From: an uncultured Gammaproteobacteria bacterium
GTDB taxonomy: Bacteria > Pseudomonadota > Gammaproteobacteria > SZUA-229
Direction of reading: 5' to 3'
Length of the DNA: 64,000 bases
Assembly (NCBI GenBank): GCA_937998645.1
Contig: CALLCZ010000032.1
Location: forward strand, 5,593 to 69,592
Both the position numbers and the translations under genes were made by a program. The notes under the pieces were generated by a model. The model worked only from the letters and a program-made list of their open reading frames with translations, was not told the origin of the DNA and did no database searches. Positions within the stretch are counted from its first letter, which is position 1. Each line of letters begins with the position of its first letter. Below are positions 47,101 to 55,598 of the stretch, piece by piece.

Positions 47101-49965
47101 GAAATATGCGGCTTGACCGAGAAGTACATTAAAACAAAGCAGGAAGCGCGTGACCTGACAATCAGTGCAGAGATGGTTGCGCTGATTACTGAGGTTGTGA
47201 AAAAGCTTCGTTCAATGCTGGATGAGATCAGGTCCGGCACAGCCCCATCACCTGACAGGAATTTGCTGGAAAATGTCAATAAGGCGATACAGGAAGAACT
47301 GAAGCAACAACTGCTGAAATCATGGGATGGTGATGAGCTCAGTGCCGAATCAGTTTTCGATGCCGATGACGATATAGATACTGAAGTCGAAATCGAAGCA
47401 GTAACCGATATTGGAACAGATGAGATTGAAGTTGAGGTAGAACTAACCGAAGAAGAAATCACTCACGACTCGTATGAAGAGCAGACTGAAATTCAGGTTG
47501 AAGAGCCGGTTAATGATGAGTCAGCCGCTGCTGTAATTTCATACGATGATATAGACAGTGATTTGATTGAAATCTTTATTGAAGAAGCTGACGAGTTGAT
47601 CGAAAGTTGCGAAGCAACGCTGCAAAAAATAACAAATAATCCGGATGATACTGACAGTATTCATCAGCTGCAGCGTTATATGCATACGCTGAAAGGTGGC
47701 GCACGCATGGCCGAGCTGACTCCGGTCGGTGATTTAACGCATTTGCTGGAGTCGCTTGTTGTCAAGCTGTCAGAAAAGCAGGTCAAAGCCGACAAAGCTT
47801 TGTTTGATATTTTGAATGAATCTGTAGATCGCCTGGCGGTAATGCTCAAGGATGTTAAGGACCGTGCGCCGATTCAGACTGCCACTGACCTGATTGTGCA
47901 ACTCGAGGCATTGATGAAAGGCGAGTTGCATGAGAAACGTGCAGTAGACCGATTTGATATCGAGCTTGATGACCTCAATATGGATGCGTCAAGTGAAGAG
48001 GCAGGGACAGATGCTGTACAGGAAGCTGAAACCATTGAGGGAGAACAGGCGTCTGCAGAGAAGCATTTTGGTCGTCGTGCTACAGACAAGCTGGAAAGTG
48101 CCCAGTGGGGCGAACGTGCGACCGATGCTAATGTGCGCGAATCTCAGGAGCAGATCCGTGTACGCGCTGATTTGTTGAATGAGCTTGTGAATTCGGCCGG
48201 TGAGGTCAATATACATCATGCTCGTATGGGGAAGCAGATGAGTGATCTCGGCTTCAACCTTAACGAGCTTGAGTCAACAGTTGTGCGTCTCAAACAGCAG
48301 CTGCGTAATCTTGAAATCGAGACAGAAATCCAGATCCGCTCATCTTTTGAAAAAGAATCCGATCTGTATGATGATGATTTTGATCCGCTGGAAATGGACA
48401 AGTACTCGACAATACAGCAGCTGTCGCGAAGCTTGACTGAGACAGCCAGTGACGTTGAGAGTATTCGAGAGATTCTCAGTGATATTGTACGTGATTCAGA
48501 AACCTTGCTGCTCCAGGAGTCGCGGGTAAGCACGGAATTACAGGAAGGCCTGATGCGTACCCGTATGGTTCGTTTTGGCGGCCTGTCAACACGCCTGCGC
48601 AGAATTGTCAGACAGACATCAAGGGAGATTGGCAAGGAAGTTGAACTTGAGATTATTGGTGATAGCAATGAGCTGGACCGAACCATTCTTGATCGTGTAA
48701 TCGCTCCACTTGAGCATATGCTGCGTAATGCGGTTGCACACGGCATAGAAGCGCCGGATAAACGAAATGCAGCAGGCAAGGATGAGACAGGGCATATCAC
48801 CATCATGGTTGATCGTCAGGGTGCTGATGTTGTAATAAAAGTAAGTGATGATGGTGCAGGTATAGACGCGAGTGCAATTCGAGCGAAAGCGATTAAACAG
48901 AATCTATTGAACGCTGATAGCAAGGTCAGCGACCGTGACGTACTGCAGTTTATCCTGAAGTCAGGTTTCAGTACTGCTGAAACGGTATCTCAGGTTGCTG
49001 GCCGCGGAGTGGGCATGGACGTTGTGGACGCTGAGCTGAAGCAGCTTGGTGGTGTGCTTGAAATTGATACGGCTGCAGGCAAGGGGACTGAATTCACCAT
49101 AAGGTTGCCGCTTACGCTGGCAATTAATCAGGCCTTGCTGGTGAGTGCTGGTGAAGATGTTTACGCGATCCCACTGGCGAGTATTGAAGGTGTCGTTCGT
49201 GTAACTGGCGCTGAGCTGCAGAGGTTCTATGATAGTGAACAGGAGATGTACGAGTTTAATAATGTCGAGTATGAGCTGAAACATCTTGGTGAGCTGTTGA
49301 CCGGCCAGAAGCCAGGCTATGGTGAGCAATACGGCTTATATCCTTTATTACTGGCCCAGATCGGTAACAGCCATTTTGCATTGCATGTAGATGACCTGGT
49401 TGGTCGCCGCGAGATTGTAGTGAAACCCGTAGGTCATCAGATAGGCATGGTTCGTGGTATTGCCGGAGCTACCATCCTTGCAGACGGACATGTTGTGTTG
49501 ATTCTGGAAATGTCAGCACTGGTCGTTGGTGAAAGTCTGTTCAGGAAACCTGAATCTACCGCTGCCGTAGAAGAACCGATAGCGGAGAAGGTTGAAGAAA
49601 GGACAATTATGGTAGTGGATGATTCGATTACCATCCGTAAGGTAACCGCTCGCATGCTTGAGCGTAATGGCATACAGGTGCTGCTGGCAAAAGACGGTAT
49701 TGACGCAACAAATCAGCTGATTGATGTGAAACCGGACTTGATGTTGCTGGATATCGAAATGCCCAGGATGGATGGATTTGAACTGGCCACCTACATCAGA
49801 AATGATGATCGTCTTAAAGATCTTCCAATAATTATGATCACCTCCCGTACTGGTGAGAAGCATAAGGAAAAAGCAATGGAAATTGGTGTTAACCAGTATC
49901 TTGGTAAGCCCTACCAGGAAGAAGAGTTGATGGAAAACATCAATGATATCCTTGGAGTGCATTAA
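44116..49965 (+). CDS. chpA: ChpA/PilL hybrid CheA-like kinase (multiple Hpt, HATPase, CheW, REC)
   Basis: Hpt motifs FHTLKGSG, FHTLYGSA and MHTLKGGA; EHMLRNAVAHGIE; DDGAG; GRGVGMD; C-terminal REC domain. Confidence 0.95.
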   Translation: MKPNGTVEYNSLSWVKQQLDTVLNDAQSSLSEYIENNDDEALMQDCIEGLHLAGGTLQMVEVFGAAMLAEEMEHTAKAILEGSVDHRDDAYDVLMRAMLQLPDYLEGLQAGNKDVPMTLLPLMNDLRTIRKESLLTENVLFFPDMDVVDVDVEHVNAPHTEAGRLYGEAKRLRTHYQLGLLDLFKNNKRRAGCQRMLAVIVSLENASVEQPVRRFWSVIAALLEGLNEEGIDSSVSVKMLLGGVDRQIKLLIDLGEDGFSEQFSQELLRNVLYYVGNSVSSGERVTRIKEMYKLEELLASAAEGMETGMGGLNAELFATVSQGIKEDLAQVKDALEIFIYSNNRKIADLEPLLEQLTRIGDTYAMLGLGDARAKVLEQKDNVQGIIEGNTEVSEEAISAIAGELLGAESDLDNYVARRTGLADVDDEDSIVPASEYRDVISTVVAQGLQNFTDAKEAILAFTSGSGSKDELQSVLSLLEEVRGVSMILPMAQVEAMLVNVKDYVRVVLLENGHRPDEEEQDKVADVVTAIEYFFEAISEGRPGVEAGLRTGEEALKTLIEVHDRYQSVDTPAQPGEVADEAAEKKSITNEENSAAEAAEVVDLRQPEISLAQTRPKPEPRPVTQEAFDPEAEYGEFEILGNDADEEILEIFIEEALEVLEELHTNLPQWKSNTNDVEALTVVRRCFHTLKGSGRLIGAQLIGEFSWKFENMLNRVIDQQIEPDANVLSALDEAVAVLPQLIEQLQGNREPVPRVYNLMATADALSEGREPQIVTEHAARTEAEVVIEETPAEDDVFEQADFSEVEIEVDEINLADMGQAVEEGIEDLDFNEIAQEGEINLEITEQPIDDEFVEQLESGVTAVEDEFSIDVTEEELESGDEISLLSGDELEISAGFDDVDVDAETLAETTQSSDELTFEIDEPEVVDVADSEHTAGMDPVLFQIYYDESLGHISLVEELLEAHNNKSQPLTASKELIRAFHTLYGSARTAEIDQISEICGLTEKYIKTKQEARDLTISAEMVALITEVVKKLRSMLDEIRSGTAPSPDRNLLENVNKAIQEELKQQLLKSWDGDELSAESVFDADDDIDTEVEIEAVTDIGTDEIEVEVELTEEEITHDSYEEQTEIQVEEPVNDESAAAVISYDDIDSDLIEIFIEEADELIESCEATLQKITNNPDDTDSIHQLQRYMHTLKGGARMAELTPVGDLTHLLESLVVKLSEKQVKADKALFDILNESVDRLAVMLKDVKDRAPIQTATDLIVQLEALMKGELHEKRAVDRFDIELDDLNMDASSEEAGTDAVQEAETIEGEQASAEKHFGRRATDKLESAQWGERATDANVRESQEQIRVRADLLNELVNSAGEVNIHHARMGKQMSDLGFNLNELESTVVRLKQQLRNLEIETEIQIRSSFEKESDLYDDDFDPLEMDKYSTIQQLSRSLTETASDVESIREILSDIVRDSETLLLQESRVSTELQEGLMRTRMVRFGGLSTRLRRIVRQTSREIGKEVELEIIGDSNELDRTILDRVIAPLEHMLRNAVAHGIEAPDKRNAAGKDETGHITIMVDRQGADVVIKVSDDGAGIDASAIRAKAIKQNLLNADSKVSDRDVLQFILKSGFSTAETVSQVAGRGVGMDVVDAELKQLGGVLEIDTAAGKGTEFTIRLPLTLAINQALLVSAGEDVYAIPLASIEGVVRVTGAELQRFYDSEQEMYEFNNVEYELKHLGELLTGQKPGYGEQYGLYPLLLAQIGNSHFALHVDDLVGRREIVVKPVGHQIGMVRGIAGATILADGHVVLILEMSALVVGESLFRKPESTAAVEEPIAEKVEERTIMVVDDSITIRKVTARMLERNGIQVLLAKDGIDATNQLIDVKPDLMLLDIEMPRMDGFELATYIRNDDRLKDLPIIMITSRTGEKHKEKAMEIGVNQYLGKPYQEEELMENINDILGVH

Positions 49966-49967
49966 AT

Positions 49968-50441
49968 ATGGAATACAACAACCAGCTTATCAAGAGCATT
50001 ATCCTGACACTGAAAAACGAGTTGGTGATGGTGCCTAATGCAGCAGTTGCGGAAATAATATCTGTTAATGAAGTAAGTGAAGTTGATGGATCGCCGCAAT
50101 GGATGCTGGGTAAGGCCAGGTGGCGCGGTGTTGAATTACCTGTGATCTCATACGAGGCGGCAGGCGGAGATAGCGCGCAGGACGTTAATATCAATACCCA
50201 GGTTGCCGTGATGTATACAGTCAGCGACGAGACAGAGCAAGACAAAGCGTATTCATATATCGGGCTGGCCATACATGGCGTTCCACATGTAAGTACTTTT
50301 TCCAGGGGCCAGATTAAAATCGATGATCAGGCGTTGGCTGGGCACCCCATGGTGGCGCAAAAAGTCAGAATTAATGGCGCCGCCGCCGGGATTCTGGATA
50401 TTTACGCAATCGAGGAAATGCTGCAGCAGGCAGCCATTTAA
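49968..50441 (+). CDS. chpC: CheW-like protein ChpC
   Basis: VPNAAVAEII and W.LG...WRG..LPVISYE. Confidence 0.85.
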   Translation: MEYNNQLIKSIILTLKNELVMVPNAAVAEIISVNEVSEVDGSPQWMLGKARWRGVELPVISYEAAGGDSAQDVNINTQVAVMYTVSDETEQDKAYSYIGLAIHGVPHVSTFSRGQIKIDDQALAGHPMVAQKVRINGAAAGILDIYAIEEMLQQAAI

Positions 50442-50472
50442 CTCTCGGCCTCGTTACGGAATTGATCTTTAG

Positions 50473-50746
50473 TCTCGCAAAGGCGCAAAGAACGCAAAGG
50501 TGAAATAAATCTTTTGTTGTATGAAATCGTATCGTTTCATTTTTTTCTTTTACGCTAAAGTAGCACCACAAACCACTAAACCAGTGGCGTAGGCCGGCAT
50601 AAGCGAAGCGTAGCCGGCGTCAATATTCATGACCTCAGAGCCTGTCCCGTGTTAATCGAGGAAGCGCAGAGGTAAGACATATCTTCTATTACATAAATAA
50701 TCTATTCACAGGATTTTGCCTTTGCGTTCTTTGCGCCTTGGCGAGA
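50473..50746. mobile_element. Cassette bounded by inverted CGCAAAG x3 arrays, containing a GTAG REP fragment
   Basis: tctcgcaaaggcgcaaagaacgcaaagg and cctttgcgttctttgcgccttggcgaga form a 28-bp inverted repeat with 1 mismatch; REP cgtaggccggcataagcgaagcgtagccggc near 50589. Confidence 0.8.
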
Positions 50747-50763
50747 GAAAATACTACAACCCT

Positions 50764-51492
50764 TTAGCCCATGTCTCCCCATCGTGATTGTAGCGCAGAG
50801 ATTACAGCGGGGCCTGCTGTCTCGGTCCTTAAGATACGTGGACCAAATTTTATTCTGTTATAGCCGGCATCAGACGCCGTGTTAATTTCCTGCGCTGACA
50901 GGCCGCCCTCGGGGCCTGATATAATGCATATCGATGTAATATCAGCCTCGATGTCGTTTATGCCTTTCGCTGCGGTTGGGTCCAGTACCAGTCGGATGTC
51001 GGTTGAGACTTCGTTAATGGCTTTTTCAAACGTCGTTGCCTGATGAATTGCGGGTAACAGGGTTCTGCCGCTTTGCTCACATGCGCTGATAGCGATTTGA
51101 TTCCAGCGCTCGTATTTTTTACTTGCCCGTTCCCTGTTTATATTTGCAGAACGTTCGCAGATAACCGGAATGATTTCGGTTACGCCCAGTTCTGTTGCCT
51201 TCTGTATAGTCGTGTCCATGTGCTCGCTGCGTGAAAGACCCTGTATCAATCTTATTCTTAAAGCTGATTCACGATTAATTTCGACAAAGCCGTTGATAAT
51301 GATATTGGCTGCCTTTGGATCTTCATTGAGCAGTGTGGCCGAAAATTCACCACCTTCGCCGTTGAACACGGTTACTGCCGAGTCTTTTTTGCATCTTAGT
51401 ACACGGACCAGGTGGTTTGATGCCCTGGCAGGCAGGGAAAGCACTTCACCCGAAGTAATACGGCTGTTGAAATAAATACGTGTGGTACGCAA
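50764..51492 (-). CDS. rsmE: 16S rRNA m3U1498 methyltransferase
   Basis: HL.RVLR, QKATELGV, ACEQSGR, GPEGG and GPRILRTETA. TTG at 51492 preferred over the track start at 51600. Confidence 0.95.
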   Translation of the reverse strand: MRTTRIYFNSRITSGEVLSLPARASNHLVRVLRCKKDSAVTVFNGEGGEFSATLLNEDPKAANIIINGFVEINRESALRIRLIQGLSRSEHMDTTIQKATELGVTEIIPVICERSANINRERASKKYERWNQIAISACEQSGRTLLPAIHQATTFEKAINEVSTDIRLVLDPTAAKGINDIEADITSICIISGPEGGLSAQEINTASDAGYNRIKFGPRILRTETAGPAVISALQSRWGDMG

Positions 51493-51500
51493 TGTCGATG

Positions 51501-52349
51501 TTATGAATTGAGTCTGCGCCAGATTTCGAGTGTGACCTGCGACTGGTTGAGAGTATAGAAATGCAGGCCGGGTGCGCCGCTTTCGAGCAGGCGTGAACAC
51601 AGGCTGGTGACAACGTCAGTTCCAAAATCAATCAGGCTGTCTATATCATCTTCATAGGCTTCCAGCTGCTTTCGAATCCAGCGTGGAATTTCAGCGCCGC
51701 AGTTATCAGAAAATCTGACAAGGCCTTTATAGTTTGTGATCGGCATAATGCCGGGAACAACAGGCACATCGAGATTTGCCTTCTGGCAGTTTTCAATGAA
51801 ACGTAAATAGGCGTCGATATTATAGAAATACTGGGTAATCGCCGAGTCGGCGCCGGATTCTATCTTGCGTTTAAAGTACTGGAAGTCTGACTCGGGTGTT
51901 GCAGATTCGGGGTGATACTCGGGATAGGCGGCAACTTCGATATGAAAGTGGTCGCCGGTCTGTTCGCGTATAAACGCTACCAGTTCATTGGCATGGTTGA
52001 AATCATTCGCTCCCGGACCTCCTTCGGGTATATCGCCACGCAATGTAACCAGCCGGTTAACGCCTCTGTCGATGTAGCGTTCGATCAACTCCTTGAGTTG
52101 ATCTCGAGTCGAGCCAATGCAGGATATGTGGGGTGCAACCGATGCGTTGTCCTCTCTGAGTCGATCAACCGCGTCCAGGGTGCGGTCACGGTTTGTACCA
52201 CCGGCGCCAAATGTAACCGAATAAAACGCAGGATGCATGTTTTCATCCAGTTCATTGCGGACAATAAGAAGCTTTTCCATGCCGGCTTCCGTTTGGGGAG
52301 GGAAAAACTCGCAACTGAAAATTTTGGCGTCGTCCATAGGAGAATTCAT
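51501..52349 (-). CDS. metF: 5,10-methylenetetrahydrofolate reductase
   Basis: FSCEFFPP, SVTFGAGG, LRGD, AAYPE.HP, ITQYF, PGIMPI and LHFYTLN. Confidence 0.97.
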   Translation of the reverse strand: MNSPMDDAKIFSCEFFPPQTEAGMEKLLIVRNELDENMHPAFYSVTFGAGGTNRDRTLDAVDRLREDNASVAPHISCIGSTRDQLKELIERYIDRGVNRLVTLRGDIPEGGPGANDFNHANELVAFIREQTGDHFHIEVAAYPEYHPESATPESDFQYFKRKIESGADSAITQYFYNIDAYLRFIENCQKANLDVPVVPGIMPITNYKGLVRFSDNCGAEIPRWIRKQLEAYEDDIDSLIDFGTDVVTSLCSRLLESGAPGLHFYTLNQSQVTLEIWRRLNS

Positions 52350-52378
52350 GATGGCTCAAAATCCGGGTTGTTGGCACA

Positions 52379-52403
52379 AGGGTGCTGTTGATAACAGCAC
52401 CCT
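52379..52403. terminator. Hairpin between ahcY and metF (possible terminator or processing site)
   Basis: agggtgctgtt-gat-aacagcaccct, an 11-bp perfect stem; only a weak U-tract. Confidence 0.45.
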
Positions 52404-52413
52404 GTATCAGATT

Positions 52414-53835
52414 TTAATAACGATAGTGTTCTGGCTTATAGGGGCCGTCTACAGGTACATTGATATAATCAGCCTGTTCCGGGGACAGGCTGGTCAGATT
52501 AACGCCGATCTTCTGCAAGTGCAGTCGGGCAACCTTTTCGTCAAGTATTTTTGGTAATACGTAAACCTTGTTTTCGTATTTATCCGCGTTGGTGAAAAAC
52601 TCGATCTGTGCCATCACCTGGTTGGTAAATGATGCGGACATGACGAAACTCGGATGTCCTGTCGCACAGCCCAGATTAACCAGCCTGCCTTTGGCGAGTA
52701 TAATGATGCGCTTGCCATCCGGGAAAATAACGTGGTCTACCTGGGGTTTGATTTCTTCCCATTGGTATTTCTCCAGCGAGGCGATCTCGATTTCGGAATC
52801 AAAGTGGCCGATGTTGCACACGATGGCTTCATTTTTCATCGCAGCCATGTGGTCATGGTTGATGACATTCACATTACCGGTCGTCGTTACAAAAATGTCG
52901 CCCTGGCTGGCGGCATCATCCATGTTGACGACGCGGTATCCTTCCATAGCAGCCTGCAGTGCGCAGATCGGGTCGATTTCTGTGACCCATACTGTTGCGC
53001 CCATGCCGCGAAAAGCCTGAGCGCAACCTTTGCCGACATCACCATAGCCCAGCACAACGCAGACCTTGCCTGCGACCATGACATCCGTAGCGCGCTTGAT
53101 GCCATCGAGCAGTGATTCACGGCAACCGTACAGGTTATCGAATTTAGACTTGGTCACCGAGTCGTTGACGTTCATCGCGGGGAACATCAGTTCTCCGGAT
53201 TCCTGCATCTGGTAAAGGCGATGTACACCTGTGGTGGTTTCCTCGGTAACACCTTTTACGCTTTCAACGATCTGGCTCCATTTGCTAGAGCCGTCAGAGA
53301 TGGTGCGCTTGAGCAAAGCGATAATGGCTTTCCATTCTTCATTATCATCAGTTTTAGCGTCTGGAACGGCACCTGCCTGTTCATACTCGGCACCTTTATG
53401 TACCAGCAGAGTGGCATCGCCGCCATCGTCGAGAATCATGTTTGGCGTGCCGCCGTCTGGCCAGGTCAGCGCCTGTTCAGTACACCACCAGTATTCTTCT
53501 ATGGTTTCACCCTTCCAGGCAAAAACTGGAATACCTTCTGCTGCGATGGCAGCGGCGGCCTGGTCCTGAGTCGAAAAGATGTTGCATGATGCCCAGCGGA
53601 CTTCAGCGCCCAGGGCGACCAGGGTTTCGATCAGCACAGCAGTCTGGATAGTCATGTGCAGGCTGCCGGTGATGCGGGCGCCTTTGAGGGGTTGCTCATT
53701 GCCATATTCTTCACGCAGCGCCATCAGGCCCGGCATTTCTGTTTCGGCAATGGATATTTCCTTACGGCCCCAATCGGCCAGGGAAAGGTCAGCGACCTTG
53801 TAATCGGAAAAGTTATTTTCAACAACAGCATTCAT
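52414..53835 (-). CDS. ahcY: Adenosylhomocysteinase
   Basis: [50 protein letters not shown] and GCATGHP. Confidence 0.98.
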   Translation of the reverse strand: MNAVVENNFSDYKVADLSLADWGRKEISIAETEMPGLMALREEYGNEQPLKGARITGSLHMTIQTAVLIETLVALGAEVRWASCNIFSTQDQAAAAIAAEGIPVFAWKGETIEEYWWCTEQALTWPDGGTPNMILDDGGDATLLVHKGAEYEQAGAVPDAKTDDNEEWKAIIALLKRTISDGSSKWSQIVESVKGVTEETTTGVHRLYQMQESGELMFPAMNVNDSVTKSKFDNLYGCRESLLDGIKRATDVMVAGKVCVVLGYGDVGKGCAQAFRGMGATVWVTEIDPICALQAAMEGYRVVNMDDAASQGDIFVTTTGNVNVINHDHMAAMKNEAIVCNIGHFDSEIEIASLEKYQWEEIKPQVDHVIFPDGKRIIILAKGRLVNLGCATGHPSFVMSASFTNQVMAQIEFFTNADKYENKVYVLPKILDEKVARLHLQKIGVNLTSLSPEQADYINVPVDGPYKPEHYRY

Positions 53836-53863
53836 TACTCATCTCCTAATGTGTATTAAGAAA

Positions 53864-53967
53864 TGAGCGCCGTTGTTAATCTCTGAGCCTGACACCGTCA
53901 GAAGACGTATAAATTCATATTTGCGAATCTATACGTCTTCTGACGGGGCTGCAGCGCTCCTCAGAAA
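53864..53967 (-). ncRNA. SAH riboswitch with an unusually long variable hairpin
   Basis: Minus strand UCUGAGGAGCGCUGCAG...GUCAGGCUCAGAG...AACGGCGCUCA. P1 ucugag/cucaga; pseudoknot gagcgcu/ggcgcuc; directly upstream of ahcY. Confidence 0.9.
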
Positions 53968-54028
53968 GGAATCGGGGGAATTATAGCCCAGCCGGGCCCA
54001 AATTTACACAGGCCCGACCAGGTGAGGC

Positions 54029-55192
54029 TTAGAGCCCTGCTGCGTCCTTCAGTGCGGCTGCTTTATCGGTTTTTTCCCAGGTAAAATCAGGCTCTTCGCG
54101 GCCGAAATGACCATAGGCGGCTGTATTGCGGTAAATCGGGCGCAGCAGGTCGAGCATCTGTATCAGGCCTTTCGGCTTGAGGTCAAAGTGCGCGCGCACA
54201 AGTTCGATGATGCGCGCATCTTCAATTTTCCCTGTGCCAAATGTCTGTACCGAGATAGAGGTTGGTTCGGCTACGCCAATGGCATATGAGACCTGGATTT
54301 CACATTTGTCAGCGAGGCCGGCTGCGACGATGTTCTTGGCCACATAGCGTCCGGCATAAGCGGCAGAGCGGTCGACTTTTGACGGGTCCTTGCCGGAAAA
54401 AGCGCCGCCACCATGACGGGCCATGCCGCCGTAGGTATCTACGATGATTTTACGACCGGTAAGGCCGCAGTCGCCGACGGGCCCGCCGATGACAAATTTT
54501 CCGGTCGGGTTGATGTGGATGTCGTCCTGTGAACACTGATCCAGCCATTCAGCCGGCAATACCGGCTTGATGATTTCATCCATCACGGCTTCACGCAGAT
54601 TTTTATATTCAATATCGGGATCATGCTGCGTGGACAGTACTACGGCATTGATACCCACGGGTTTGCCGTCGGCATATTTGAAAGTCACCTGGCTTTTTGC
54701 ATCCGGGCGCAGCCAGGGCAGGGTGCCACTTTTGCGAATCTCGGCCTGGCGTTTCACCAGCCTGTGCGCATAGGTGATAGGCGCCGGCATTAGCACATCA
54801 GTTTCATTGCTGGCATATCCAAACATAAGGCCCTGGTCGCCGGCTCCCTGTTCATGTTCGCCGGATTCATCCACACCCATAGCGATATCTGATGACTGCT
54901 TGTCGATCGAGGTCAGCACGGCGCAGGATTCCCAGTCAAAACCCATATCTGAATGGTTATAGCCAATCTCCTTGACTGTCTCGCGCACTACAGCCTGCAT
55001 ATCGACCCAGGCTTCGGTAGTGATTTCACCGGAGATGATCACCATGCCGGTGTTGACCATGGTTTCACAGGCGACACGCGCCCTGGTGTCCTGTTTAAAT
55101 ATCGCGTCCAGTACAGCGTCTGAGATCTGGTCGGCAACCTTGTCCGGATGGCCTTCAGAAACTGATTCTGATGTAAATAAATGTTCGCTCAT
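54029..55192 (-). CDS. metK: S-adenosylmethionine synthetase
   Basis: [32 protein letters not shown] and GGGAFSGKD. Confidence 0.98.
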   Translation of the reverse strand: MSEHLFTSESVSEGHPDKVADQISDAVLDAIFKQDTRARVACETMVNTGMVIISGEITTEAWVDMQAVVRETVKEIGYNHSDMGFDWESCAVLTSIDKQSSDIAMGVDESGEHEQGAGDQGLMFGYASNETDVLMPAPITYAHRLVKRQAEIRKSGTLPWLRPDAKSQVTFKYADGKPVGINAVVLSTQHDPDIEYKNLREAVMDEIIKPVLPAEWLDQCSQDDIHINPTGKFVIGGPVGDCGLTGRKIIVDTYGGMARHGGGAFSGKDPSKVDRSAAYAGRYVAKNIVAAGLADKCEIQVSYAIGVAEPTSISVQTFGTGKIEDARIIELVRAHFDLKPKGLIQMLDLLRPIYRNTAAYGHFGREEPDFTWEKTDKAAALKDAAGL

Positions 55193-55231
55193 AATAGTAC
55201 CTGTAAATGATGGCCTTATTTTAAAGGCAAT

Positions 55232-55267
55232 AAAAAACCCGTCTAAGCACAGGCTATGACGGGTTTT
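55232..55267 (-). terminator. Intrinsic terminator in the metK leader (riboswitch expression platform)
   Basis: Minus strand aaaacccgtc-atagcctgtgctta-gacgggtttttt. Confidence 0.75.
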
Positions 55268-55289
55268 CGATAATGTTCTTGTATCGGAA

Positions 55290-55342
55290 CTCGCTTTAGC
55301 CGTATTTATAAAGCGCCCGCAATCTGAGTCAAATTGGCGCCT
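55290..55342 (-). ncRNA. SAM-II class riboswitch
   Basis: Minus strand AGGCGCC-AAUUUGA-CUCAGAUUGC-GGGCGCUU-UAUAAAUACG-GCUAAAGCGAG. P1 ggcgcc/ggcgcu; UUGC/GC(U)AA and CUC/GAG pseudoknot pairings; upstream of metK. Confidence 0.82.
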
Positions 55343-55416
55343 GATGCCAGCGGATTATGCCGTTTTTATATGTGTTGTCAACATTAATATATTTAAGGCT
55401 TTTCAACGCAAAGACA

Positions 55417-55577
55417 TTTTCAACGCAAAGGCGCAAAGACGCAGAGAACGCAAAGATGTTTCTATAGTTGCTCCTGGTAAATGCATCTGTCTGATCTGTA
55501 GATATTTTAAACCAGAAGTTCCTGCAAAAAAATTTTACAAGCTCTGCGCTCTTTGCGGCTTTGCGCCTCTGCGTTAA
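55417..55577. mobile_element. Cassette bounded by inverted CGCARAG x4 arrays
   Basis: cgcaaag-g-cgcaaag-a-cgcagag-aa-cgcaaag (55424-55455) and ctctgcg-ct-ctttgcg-g-ctttgcg-c-ctctgcg (55542-55573). Confidence 0.8.
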
Positions 55578-55598
55578 GGTTTAAAAAAATAATCCGTG

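Noticed and set aside
46430..47560. Very acidic low-complexity stretches in ChpA
   Set aside because: Typical inter-Hpt linkers of ChpA/PilL proteins; no discrete DNA repeat unit was seen.
51493..51600. Long overlaps implied by the ORF track (rsmE/metF, gspE/gspD, gspH/gspG)
   Set aside because: Downstream start codons give normal-length proteins, so the extensions are artefacts of longest-ORF calling.
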